IMG/VR virus record: IMGVR_UViG_3300034143_000002
Origin: a virus
Strand: one strand, 5' to 3'
Length of the DNA: 57,778 bases
Part shown: positions 35,259 to 43,327 of the stretch, piece after piece
Position numbering within the stretch: position 1 is the first letter of the stretch
Layout: each line of letters begins with the position of its first letter
Program-made: the position numbers and the translations under genes
Notes under the pieces: generated by a model
What the model was told of the DNA's origin: nothing
Databases searched by the model: none
The model's input: the letters and a program-made list of their open reading frames with translations, nothing else

Positions 35259-35501
35259 TCAACCCACTAGTTCAGGCCCACTATCCGCCGCGGCGAAAAC
35301 TTGTCGTCGGCCGACGCCTGATCTGAGTCTGACCATGCCCGCGATAAAGCGAGAGCATGGACCGTGTCCATAGCCCGAGTGCCTGACTCTCCAGCGCTTG
35401 ACCAGATCAGTACTGGACTGCCCGCTGGAGGTGAGAGTGACGGCGAGATGTGCGCCGCAGCGGCAGTACAACTCACGTTTTCTCTTTTGTTGTTGCTTCA
35501 A
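35259..35501 (-). CDS. Arg-rich hypothetical protein (80 aa), weak call
   Basis: TTG start overlapping the upstream stop (TTGA); low-complexity sequence. Confidence 0.3.
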   Translation of the reverse strand: MKQQQKRKRELYCRCGAHLAVTLTSSGQSSTDLVKRWRVRHSGYGHGPCSRFIAGMVRLRSGVGRRQVFAAADSGPELVG

Positions 35502-35869
35502 TTATTCTCCTTCGAAGGTGACACCCATTCGTGACGAGTGCGCATGCGTCGCCGAAACTCGACACGGCCTCGCAACATTCTGGTCTTGACGGGGCAATCA
35601 CAACTTGTCAGCACACGAGGTGCGGTCGTCGTGCTTATCACGCCCTTCGCCGGGTCTTTGAAAACCAGAGTGACCGTGTACTCTTCACGGGTGCAAACAA
35701 GCCCGTGTCCCCACTGCACCCTGCCCTCTGCGTCAAGATCGAGCACGAAGGCGATGCCGCTCTCGTCGCTGGCCTCGATACAGTCTTCCAGCAGCTCGCC
35801 GTCGAGATAGACTTCCCATTTCAATGACTCAGGCATACCCGCGTGTATGCGCATCCGATTCCCTTCCAT
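35498..35869 (-). CDS. Hypothetical protein (123 aa)
   Basis: ORF track; first gene downstream of the integrase. Confidence 0.45.
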   Translation of the reverse strand: MEGNRMRIHAGMPESLKWEVYLDGELLEDCIEASDESGIAFVLDLDAEGRVQWGHGLVCTREEYTVTLVFKDPAKGVISTTTAPRVLTSCDCPVKTRMLRGRVEFRRRMRTRHEWVSPSKENN

Positions 35870-35878
35870 CGTTTGAAC

Positions 35879-35939
35879 GGGGAGGCGGGAGCCCCTGTTG
35901 CCGGGCTTAGAACACCGGCGAGCCCGAGCCCGCCTCCCC
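35879..35939 (-). other. 61-nt compound hairpin downstream of integrase
   Basis: GGGGAGGCGGG (35879-35889) pairs with CCCGCCTCCCC (35929-35939), with an inner GCCGG/CCGGC stem; no U tract. Confidence 0.5.
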
Positions 35940-36032
35940 TTAGATTGATTTTACCGATAGGCAAGAATGCCCTTTTGTTTTGTAATAGGCGGGCTTCCTC
36001 CTTTTCTTTTTGTGTTGTTAGAGCAAAATCAA

Positions 36033-37127
36033 TTAGTTGATACGGCTCCTGAGCTGAGCCTTCCAACCCCCGCCGCGCTTGGTGCGCTTGCGACGCTTGG
36101 ATTTGCCACTGGGCGGGCGAAACGGCACTCGCATCTTTTTGGCTGCACGCTTGCGCGCGGCATCTCCGCCCGAGCGGATGTAGCCTTGCGTCGTCTGCAC
36201 GTAGACGTGGCCGAGAAAGTCCCGCACGAGCTCAATGTCTTTGCTCTCCTTATGAAGGTGTGTGGCGGCGCTGCGCCTCAGGTCGTGCGCGGAGAAGTGA
36301 GCACAGCCCGCTTCCTCACCACGGCGCTGCAAAGTTTTGTAGATGGCTGCGGCACTCAGCCCCCTCTCTGTGTGAATGCCACCGTGCCTGTCTACGGGAC
36401 ACAGCAATGGGCCGGGCTCGTTCCCTCTCAGACGAAGCCAGAGGTTGATGCACCGGCGCGCCCCCCCATCCAGGAAGTGAACCGTGCGATCCCGTTCGCC
36501 TTTGCCGTGAACTCTCAATTGATGCGAGCGGGGCGTCCAGTCCGAGAGGTGCAAACGAATACTCTCGCAGCACCGCAGGCCGCCACCGTAAAGGATGGCC
36601 AGAAGAGCCGCATCGCGCGCGCCGGCAGCGGTCGCGCTCGCGCGGTCACAGATGCGAAAGAGAGCACTGATCTCAGAGACGGAGAGTGCGCGTCCGGGCC
36701 TGACCAAGTGATTGCCTCTCACTCCTTTGACATCCCGGATTTCTTCCAGTTCCTGAACCGACATCTGGTTGAGACGCCAGGCGCGGCGCGCCACCTCTTT
36801 GAGAGCCGAAAGCGTCGAGTTGATAACGCTCGCAGCATACTCTTGGAGCAGGAGCCGGTTGCGCACGTGCTCGACGGCCGGAGCACGCAGCGCTCGCCAG
36901 TCGTAGTCCATGATGGTTGCCTGATCCTCGCCCACGAGGATGCGCGCGGCCCTCTCCAGGTTGACCCGTTGACCGCGCTTGCCGCCTTCGGCCAAGTAGT
37001 CGAGGTAGGCGTTGCAGGGGGCGAAAGGATGGTTCGAGGGAAGTCCCGCGGGGCTCGAATGGACGAGGTGCAGCACGCCCATCTGGGAATCTTTTTCGAG
37101 GGTGATGTGGCCTGTTTTAACGCTCAT
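36033..37127 (-). CDS. int: Tyrosine integrase/recombinase
   Basis: LRCCESIRL (Arg), HGKGERDRTV, FSAHDLRRSAATHL (HxxR), FLGHVYVQTTQGY (His..Tyr). Confidence 0.9.
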   Translation of the reverse strand: MSVKTGHITLEKDSQMGVLHLVHSSPAGLPSNHPFAPCNAYLDYLAEGGKRGQRVNLERAARILVGEDQATIMDYDWRALRAPAVEHVRNRLLLQEYAASVINSTLSALKEVARRAWRLNQMSVQELEEIRDVKGVRGNHLVRPGRALSVSEISALFRICDRASATAAGARDAALLAILYGGGLRCCESIRLHLSDWTPRSHQLRVHGKGERDRTVHFLDGGARRCINLWLRLRGNEPGPLLCPVDRHGGIHTERGLSAAAIYKTLQRRGEEAGCAHFSAHDLRRSAATHLHKESKDIELVRDFLGHVYVQTTQGYIRSGGDAARKRAAKKMRVPFRPPSGKSKRRKRTKRGGGWKAQLRSRIN

Positions 37128-37178
37128 CCATTTGCTCCGAATTTTTGCAGCCTCAAGCCCTGGATTTCAGCCCCATCT

Positions 37179-37206
37179 GACGAGTGACGAGTGACAAGTG
37201 ACAAGT
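37179..37206 (+). repeat. Four tandem heptamers GAC(G/A)AGT upstream of int
   Basis: GACGAGT GACGAGT GACAAGT GACAAGT, 52 nt upstream of the int start codon. Confidence 0.85.
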
Positions 37207-37271
37207 CGTTTCACACAATGAAAATCAGCCCGAAGCCGCCGGAGGGGGGCGCTTGCCCGCCCTTTTTGCGG

Positions 37272-37305
37272 CTAGGTAATGACAATGTGTTTTGTCATTA
37301 CCTAG
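37272..37305. other. 14-bp perfect inverted repeat (6-nt spacer) in int-proximal intergenic region
   Basis: CTAGGTAATGACAA-TGTGTT-TTGTCATTACCTAG. Confidence 0.85.
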
Positions 37306-37349
37306 AAAGGGTGCTGACAAGACGTTTTTTCAACACCCAAACGGAGGCT

Positions 37350-37904
37350 CTAAACCGGCCTCAAATGAGTAGGCGCCTCGCGCTCCGCCGGGCTTGCCGC
37401 CGCCACTTCGTGACTCGTCAACAGCCACCGCTTGAGTTGTCCTAGTTGATGAGCCAGACCGCCTGCACCCAACTCCACCGCACACCCTACAGGCTGCCAG
37501 CGCGTTACCGGCACTGCCTGCTTGTACGTTTGACCGCCGTAGACGAAGGCGCGCTCCGGCCTCCAGAGCTGGCAATGATGCTTGAGCTTTTGCACCCACT
37601 CGTCGCGCCTCGCTTCAGCTTGCGCCGGAGTCAACTTCTCGTCATGGCACTCGATCAGTGTGGCCCAGGGTATCGGGCCATACTTGGCCGAGACGATCAT
37701 CACATTCAAATAGGGTGCTGCAAGCGAGCTTCCTTCACGACCTCGATACACAGTACCCATCGCGTCGTAAGCCTCTTTCAGTTCGGCGACATACTTTCGC
37801 ACGACGCGAAATGCCGGGCCGTCAAATACCTTGAAAGCGGGTTGCTTTTCAGCGCACAGCACCTGCCGCTCCGCGCTGCTCATCACCAGGAGTCTTTGTA
37901 TCAT
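37350..37904 (-). CDS. Hypothetical protein (184 aa)
   Basis: GGGGGAGGGG RBS before the internal ATG 37904 of ORF 37350..38171. MIVSAKYGPIPWATLIECHDEKLT resembles DUF6884-type proteins (unverified). Confidence 0.45.
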   Translation of the reverse strand: MIQRLLVMSSAERQVLCAEKQPAFKVFDGPAFRVVRKYVAELKEAYDAMGTVYRGREGSSLAAPYLNVMIVSAKYGPIPWATLIECHDEKLTPAQAEARRDEWVQKLKHHCQLWRPERAFVYGGQTYKQAVPVTRWQPVGCAVELGAGGLAHQLGQLKRWLLTSHEVAAASPAEREAPTHLRPV

Positions 37905-38484
37905 TGCCCCTCCCCCGTAAAATCTCATCCACCTTTTTCTCTCCAACTCCGTGCCGTCGGTACAACTCTCTGATCGCTCGATCTTCCTCGTTAAATTTCT
38001 CAGAGAGTGCTTCAGGAGAATTAAGACGCGTCTGCTCCGACGGTGAAAATTCGAGCGTGAAGAGATTCTGATTCGTGACCGGAAAGATTTGAGCTTCAGG
38101 GTGTAGCTTCTCGCGGGCACTACTAAATCCCAAGTTGTTCTCAAAAGGAAAAATCTGCGGAATGCCATCACTCAAATGCAGACCATGGCGTCCGGCTATC
38201 TCGTCAATCTCCGAGCGGTCATCCGCCTGAAAGATCAGAATGCCCCACATACACTTCGCCCATAGAACGTGAATCATCTGCATGAGCGAATTCGCCGCCG
38301 TGTGCGGTCGATACAGCTCCCATTCGACCGTGGCGGCGAAAATGCGTGCGCCGGCTCTCATCGGAGAGATCAGCATCGCCACCGCCTGCAAGTCCTGGTC
38401 GCGCAGCTTCTCGGAAATTTCTTTAACCGTCGTATCGTAATATGGCCTGCCGTTGTGGGTCTCATAGAACTCTTTTATGTTCAC
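37849..38484 (-). CDS. Hypothetical protein (211 aa)
   Basis: ORF track; globular-looking composition, no motif recognised. Confidence 0.5.
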   Translation of the reverse strand: MNIKEFYETHNGRPYYDTTVKEISEKLRDQDLQAVAMLISPMRAGARIFAATVEWELYRPHTAANSLMQMIHVLWAKCMWGILIFQADDRSEIDEIAGRHGLHLSDGIPQIFPFENNLGFSSAREKLHPEAQIFPVTNQNLFTLEFSPSEQTRLNSPEALSEKFNEEDRAIRELYRRHGVGEKKVDEILRGRGNDTKTPGDEQRGAAGAVR

Positions 38485-38678
38485 GTGGGCTACCTCGAAA
38501 GCGAATATTTAATTCACAATCCTATTGTTGAGCGTCTTTCATGGAATACTCATTTTGAGTTGTCGGTAATCACTCCGTACGAATACAGAAGGAATGCCAC
38601 GATCACTGACGCGACTAACTCCCAACCGGGTCCCGTCTCATTCACCTCTACACCTCAACGCTGCTCATGCAAGGCTGT

Positions 38679-38948
38679 TCACTGTGGCTCTTCTCTCTTC
38701 CTTTGCAGGTCAAAAACTTCATGAGACGTACGAATCTTTCCGCGATAGTAATAGCGATCATCGTCGCCGTCGGTAACGAAGTCTTCGTCAATCTTAATGA
38801 TGCCGTCCAAGCGCGCTATCTCGACGAGTGAATGCAGCGACATGCCGATTGAGGTCGCATCTCCGCGACGGCGGGCAGTGCGCGCCAGCGATGCCAAGCG
38901 ATTGTCTGGAATCTCGAAGGTTTGAGGAACGTAAACTTTAACCTTCAT
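38679..38948 (-). CDS. Hypothetical protein (89 aa)
   Basis: Internal Met (MKVKVYVPQ) of ORF 38679..38978. Confidence 0.4.
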   Translation of the reverse strand: MKVKVYVPQTFEIPDNRLASLARTARRRGDATSIGMSLHSLVEIARLDGIIKIDEDFVTDGDDDRYYYRGKIRTSHEVFDLQRKREEPQ

Positions 38949-39014
38949 CAGAACCTCGCAGGAAACTTCGGTTTTCAAACCGAAGAGGAATGCGTAGCCA
39001 CTGCGTGCAGGCTT

Positions 39015-39200
39015 TCAACTTCGCGCCTCTTCGCGCCGTGCCATTCGCGCGAGCAAGCGCACGTAATCACCAAAAGGGTTGACATCCTTAGTGCGAAACA
39101 AATCAATGCTGCGCCGCCCTTGACGCAACCCCGTGTAGCAGGCATCACACACGTCGTACTCGTTCAGAACTTCTTCGCGCTTACATAGCGGACAATGCAT
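39015..39200 (-). CDS. Small zinc-finger protein (61 aa)
   Basis: CPLC...CDAC. Confidence 0.45.
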   Translation of the reverse strand: MHCPLCKREEVLNEYDVCDACYTGLRQGRRSIDLFRTKDVNPFGDYVRLLARMARREEARS

Positions 39201-39255
39201 TGCTCAACCTCCGATAATTTCTGTAGAAGCCCCTTCTTTGAAGTCGGGGAGCTAT

Positions 39256-40368
39256 TCACTGACAAAACTCCTTGAGCCTCGGATACCCGCTATGTTCGAC
39301 ACCATCGAGCCAGCGTCCCGCTTTCTTTTTGCCTGCGAGGACATACTCAATGCCGTGAAAAGTTTCGACCGGAACATTACGGCAGGAGGAACAGAAATCC
39401 TGCATGAGGCCCTCACGCTCTATCCAATTACAGCCACCCTCGCAAGGATTATTTTCAGTACAGCCGCAGGCGACGCACGCCGGGCCGTCATCACCTTCAG
39501 GCGGATCAGCCGAGCCGTCCAGTGGTTTCCACTCTCCCCACTGTTTATCGAAGAACTCCATTCCGAAGAGAGCGCAAAAATCGCGCACGCCGCGAGCCCA
39601 CTGGGGAGACATGGCTCGCGCGCGCCGCGGGCTTCGGAAATAACTCTCTCCACCAAGGAGCACACCCTGAATGCGTCGCGCATGAGGAGTATCCCAGTGC
39701 GCGGTGGGGCCGATTGTGTAGGGCCAGTTACGGATGACGGACAATTCAACAGGCGCGATCAGCGGCTCCAGCGATAGCAGCCGTACCTCGAAGGGACAAT
39801 CGAGAAGATGAGGGGCCCGCTTCTCCAGATACTTTTGATTACCCGCGCTCACGGCTACATGCACATGCCGGAACTTCTCGGCGAAAACTTTACTCGACCA
39901 ACCGCGTTCATTCCGGTAGAGCTTAACGAAGCGCGCCAGCTCATCGGCATGTTTGGTCAGGAACTGGTAGATGTGCATGTTCTGCGCGAGCATCTCGTCA
40001 AACACTCTGCTCCTCATCTCGTAAGTGATGAGAGGTATCCCCGCTCTCTTGATCGGCAGCATTAGGTCGCTCATTGATTCGACGAAGATATTTCGCGGAT
40101 GGCCGCGCCAGCGTCTGGGAAGGTCGAGGTTGACGAGCTCGAAACGGATGTGCTCAAGGTTAGCCGCGATGTAAGCCAGGCCGTTGCCGACCCATAGATT
40201 CATCCCTTCGGCGTAGCAACGCAGGCAATCATCTCCCGCCTTAATGCAGAAGTGCCCGCGACGCTCGGGCTCGACATCAGTTCGGAACGCAGCGAGCGGA
40301 TTCCAGGTCGCGCCCTCAGTGCCGGTGATCTGGTCGCGCGTCCACTCGATCGGGGTTCTAGCTCCCAT
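39256..40368 (-). CDS. Phage Gp37/Gp68 (DUF5131)-like protein with Cys-rich C-terminal extension
   Basis: TPIEWT....ATWNPL......CIKAGDDCLRCYAEG at the N-terminus. C-terminal ACVACGCTENNPCEGGCNW...CSSC. Confidence 0.65.
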   Translation of the reverse strand: MGARTPIEWTRDQITGTEGATWNPLAAFRTDVEPERRGHFCIKAGDDCLRCYAEGMNLWVGNGLAYIAANLEHIRFELVNLDLPRRWRGHPRNIFVESMSDLMLPIKRAGIPLITYEMRSRVFDEMLAQNMHIYQFLTKHADELARFVKLYRNERGWSSKVFAEKFRHVHVAVSAGNQKYLEKRAPHLLDCPFEVRLLSLEPLIAPVELSVIRNWPYTIGPTAHWDTPHARRIQGVLLGGESYFRSPRRARAMSPQWARGVRDFCALFGMEFFDKQWGEWKPLDGSADPPEGDDGPACVACGCTENNPCEGGCNWIEREGLMQDFCSSCRNVPVETFHGIEYVLAGKKKAGRWLDGVEHSGYPRLKEFCQ

Positions 40369-40392
40369 GATTGATATAGCGCCCCTCTCTTC

Positions 40393-40698
40393 TCAAGCTC
40401 GCGCTTCGACCCTCGAAGCACGAGGCCATTTTTCAAGTTCCGCAGTACGCGCCCGCTCGGCGCGAGAAGCGCAGCTATCCTCCAGTCGAATGCGAGCGCG
40501 CAGCATCACCTGGCGCGAACCCTTGATGATCTTTCGCTCCCCAACTTCATCTACATGCACGGCGATGGGCCGCACTCCGGGTCTACGTTGCGCGCCGTTG
40601 ATTTGAGTGTAGGATTCTCCGACGAGCACAACCTTCCGACCGCAGCCACCTTTTTCAGTGCGGCAGAAGTAGACATATTCTTTAGGGTGTTTCCGCAT
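40393..40698 (-). CDS. Hypothetical protein (101 aa)
   Basis: Internal Met (MRKHPKEY) of ORF 40393..40719. Confidence 0.4.
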   Translation of the reverse strand: MRKHPKEYVYFCRTEKGGCGRKVVLVGESYTQINGAQRRPGVRPIAVHVDEVGERKIIKGSRQVMLRARIRLEDSCASRAERARTAELEKWPRASRVEARA

Positions 40699-40719
40699 GG
40701 CTAAATTCCTTTCGTGCAC

Positions 40720-40935
40720 CTATTCGGGCTGGCGCACGCCTACCATTCGCTTGCGCTTTGGTTGCAAACCAAGTCGCTCGCGCAAGCCCGCGCAAGCGTT
40801 CAGTTCACGCTCCGGTATGCAGAGCGCGCACACCCACTTGCCGTCCGCGTCTCGCATGTGCAGGCGCTCCGATCCTTTGCTACACACTTCACATTTGAAC
40901 CGCTTGGACAATGCGTCCCCTCCTCTAATCATCAT
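40720..40935 (-). CDS. Small zinc-ribbon protein (71 aa)
   Basis: CEVC...CALC. Confidence 0.45.
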   Translation of the reverse strand: MMIRGGDALSKRFKCEVCSKGSERLHMRDADGKWVCALCIPERELNACAGLRERLGLQPKRKRMVGVRQPE

Positions 40936-40956
40936 TCGAAACGGTAATGATCTTGC

Positions 40957-41187
40957 TCATGCTTCCCCCCGCTCGCTCCTCGCTTGCCCGCGGCAGCCGC
41001 GGCATCTCTTTGGCGGATTCTTAAATCCCTTCTCTTTGAAGAACTGCTGCTCGCGCTCCGTCCAGATAAAATCAGATGTGCATTCGACGCAGCGAATAAA
41101 CTGGTCAGAAAATGGTTTCTTATTTTCCTCGCGCGCCTTTCGTCGGTGGCGGACATGATCGCTCAAGTGTTTATTCTTAGGCGCCAT
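40957..41187 (-). CDS. Zinc-ribbon protein (76 aa), zf-trcl-like
   Basis: FIRCVECTSDFIWTEREQQFFKEKGFKNPPKRCRGCR. Confidence 0.55.
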   Translation of the reverse strand: MAPKNKHLSDHVRHRRKAREENKKPFSDQFIRCVECTSDFIWTEREQQFFKEKGFKNPPKRCRGCRGQARSERGEA

Positions 41188-42097
41188 AGCTATCGCTCCA
41201 ACTCTTCGGCTCGCGGCCAGTGCGTTGGCCTATCTCATCCACACAATGCGTGCAGGGACGAGCGCCTTTACCCTGAACCACCTCCGATTTCGCTCCGAAG
41301 CATTTGGAACAGGGAGCATCAGTGAACTCGCGCTTCGGTGGCTTCGGACGTTTCATCTCCTCGATCTCGCCGTCAGCAGTTCCCTCCTGATGAAGTTTGC
41401 GAGCGAGCCCGCCAACGTTTTCGATCAACCTGCCCGACACAACCTTTCCTTGCTGCTTCCAGATTTGGACGAGAACAAATGCGTCGTCGAACGGGAATCT
41501 GGAAAAGACATTTTTTCCACAGCACCCACAGCACCGGTCCGCGCTAGCGGGCGCTGTGTCTGCCTCTGTGTGTGCCTCTGTCTCTGCTTCTGTCTCTGTC
41601 TCTGTGCTAGCAACTTGATAGCAAGTTGCTAGCACTTTGCTAGCATCGCCGGAAGCCGATGTCCCGACGGCACTTACACCTTGATCACCCCCCTGAGCAT
41701 CCCCAGCCGGTAGTGGAAGTTGCTCCCCAGGCCCAGGCTCCTGCAATCGAGGCTGCCAGGGCTCCAGAAACCCAAACCTGATCAGCGCCTCGAAGTCCAC
41801 CGGTTCCTGCGCACCGATTCGAGAGGCGACCCAGGTCGAGTCGAAGGGGATTTTGTTTTCAGTCTTTGACGCCAACCATGTGAGCGCCAACGCGTGAAAC
41901 TTCGTGGCGTCAGGCAACTGCTGGAACTCATAATCTTCAAGCTGCTCGCCATAGAGTTTCACCCAAGGAGGGTTGCGATCTTTGTAATGCTGGTACTTCC
42001 GCAGATCACGGATTTGTAAATACTTCGATTGAGTTTTCTGACGCGGTGTCTCGACCGGCGCCAGGTGTCTTTTCTGTTCTGCGGATTGATCAGACAA
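41177..42097 (-). CDS. Replisome-organizer-like protein (306 aa)
   Basis: NPPWVKLYGEQLEDYEFQQLPDATKFHALALTWLASKTENKIPFD resembles the phage replisome organizer N-terminal domain. Low-complexity TETEAETEAHTEAD linker; C-terminal CxxC pairs. Confidence 0.45.
   Translation of the reverse strand: MSDQSAEQKRHLAPVETPRQKTQSKYLQIRDLRKYQHYKDRNPPWVKLYGEQLEDYEFQQLPDATKFHALALTWLASKTENKIPFDSTWVASRIGAQEPVDFEALIRFGFLEPWQPRLQEPGPGEQLPLPAGDAQGGDQGVSAVGTSASGDASKVLATCYQVASTETETEAETEAHTEADTAPASADRCCGCCGKNVFSRFPFDDAFVLVQIWKQQGKVVSGRLIENVGGLARKLHQEGTADGEIEEMKRPKPPKREFTDAPCSKCFGAKSEVVQGKGARPCTHCVDEIGQRTGREPKSWSDSYGA
41551..41644. repeat. CTCTGT-type microrepeats plus GCTAGC palindromes inside 41177..42097
   Basis: ctgcctctgtgtgtgcctctgtctctgcttctgtctctgtctctgt, then GCTAGCAACTTG-ATAG-CAAGTTGCTAGC (41606-41633) and a third GCTAGC (41639-41644). 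Confidence 0.8.
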
Positions 42098-42370
42098 GCG
42101 CAGCTACCTTCCCTGGTTAATCGAGCATGATGAATGACCAGCTCCGTCGGTCAGGAGCGATCAAAAGCGGGAGACCAAATTCTTTACTGCGGTCAGGCGG
42201 ATGATCGCGCGCATGCGTGTGCTCGTCAGGAGAGTCGTGTGTTATTGCGGGAGTGCGTGGGGCCTGCACTGGGCTCCCTTGGGGTACGGCCCCTGATGAA
42301 TTTCTGTTGTCAGGGGCCGGGTTCGTTGCTATAGTGGACATGGACTCAGGTTCTCCATTTCAAAGGTAGT

Positions 42371-42415
42371 AGGCCACTCAGACGTTTTCGCAGGCGACGA
42401 GTGGCCTTTCGTTTT
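42371..42415 (+). terminator. Hairpin with T-rich tail (reads as a plus-strand terminator)
   Basis: AGGCCACTC-N19-GAGTGGCCT followed by TTCGTTTT. Confidence 0.45.
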
Positions 42416-42444
42416 ACAAGCGATTCAATAATTACGAATCATCG

Positions 42445-42690
42445 TCATTGACTCTCCACTTCACTGGTTTGCTTAATGAAAGAAAAGTAAGCGTCGCCAG
42501 CAGCGATTATGATTTCCGATTCAGTCTTGCCGCCTTCAATCGCTTCCAGGGCTGCACGCCTCGCGCGATAAAAGCCCGCCTCCTGATTCACCCGTTGCGT
42601 GACAGCTAGCAACGTGATCCGCTTCGCCTTGATGGTGAGAGCCGTGGCTCTTTCAACAGGGCTTTGATCACGTTTTGTTCCCATGGACAT
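42445..42690 (-). CDS. Hypothetical protein (81 aa)
   Basis: First ORF after the long untranslated region downstream of the Cro-like gene. Confidence 0.45.
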   Translation of the reverse strand: MSMGTKRDQSPVERATALTIKAKRITLLAVTQRVNQEAGFYRARRAALEAIEGGKTESEIIIAAGDAYFSFIKQTSEVESQ

Positions 42691-42858
42691 TTACATTTAC
42701 CCTGAATGAAAAAAACTTTCTGTCTTACGGAAGAAGGGGCCGAGCATTTGCTATCCACTCGCCCCATTGCCCCGATGCCGTCCTAAACCCGTAACCGGCG
42801 GGCCTCGCCGTCTTCACCCCTACGGGCACACTCGAAACAAAACTTCATAGCCCACATA

Positions 42859-42924
42859 GAGCGGGCGAGCACTCGTAACTCGCCCGCTCCGCGCGCGGCA
42901 GTCGTCGCCCCCAACGACTGCCGC
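42859..42924 (-). other. Two adjacent 11-bp-stem GC hairpins in a 324-nt untranslated region
   Basis: GAGCGGGCGAG-N9-CTCGCCCGCTC (42859-42889) and GCGGCAGTCGT-N8-ACGACTGCCGC (42895-42924). Coordinates read from sequence lines, +/-1. Confidence 0.7.
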
Positions 42925-43014
42925 AAACTTGAGGTTGAGATAAGTGAAACATTTGATTGACCGGTAATTTAGTGCTTTGGTAGTATCATCCCTGATAGTA
43001 TTACGCTTGCAAGG

Positions 43015-43233
43015 TCAGGAATTGGCAAGTGCCGTGATTTCCTGAATCTCAAGCACTTTCTCCTCGACCAATTCGCCGAGTCGTTTAGCGATTTTTCTTA
43101 ACAATCTCGGGTTAGGACGGAGTTGATTAAGCACTTGAGAGACAGCGCTCCGATCCTCTTCGAGGTCGCGAGCAATGGCCGTCGCGTTCGTTCCCAAAAT
43201 CGCCATCAATGCATTGGTTTCACTGACCGTCAT
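43015..43233 (-). CDS. Cro-like HTH regulator (72 aa)
   Basis: LGTNATAIARDLEEDRSAVSQVLN. Divergent from the CI-like gene and heads the long minus-strand transcription direction. Confidence 0.6.
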   Translation of the reverse strand: MTVSETNALMAILGTNATAIARDLEEDRSAVSQVLNQLRPNPRLLRKIAKRLGELVEEKVLEIQEITALANS

Positions 43234-43250
43234 GGTGTATTCTTCCTCAA

Positions 43251-43264
43251 GTAACAGGTGTTAC
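43251..43264. promoter_or_regulatory. Operator-like palindrome in CI/Cro intergenic region
   Basis: GTAACA-GG-TGTTAC, 18 nt from the Cro-like start codon. Confidence 0.45.
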
Positions 43265-43327
43265 AACTGCGATGGTAGCCATAATGTCGAAAACTGTCAA
43301 TCACTTTTTAGACGAAACGGGGAAACA

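Noticed and set aside
35967-37187. 406-aa plus-strand ORF
   Set aside because: It is exactly antisense to the tyrosine integrase, which has clear catalytic motifs. It is a typical GC-rich shadow ORF with Arg/Ala-rich composition.
37128-37349. tRNA fragment or tRNA gene at the integrase-proximal region (and elsewhere)
   Set aside because: No cloverleaf-compatible segment or GTTCRANNC T-loop with an acceptor stem was recognised by eye. tRNAscan-SE would be needed to exclude it formally.
37191-37445. 84-aa plus-strand ORF upstream of int
   Set aside because: It spans the heptamer repeats and the palindrome, has a GTG start without an RBS, and its composition looks non-coding.
42117-42341. 74-aa Pro-rich minus-strand ORF
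   Set aside because: It is low-complexity with no RBS and lies after a hairpin. It could be real, but support is too weak to list as a feature.
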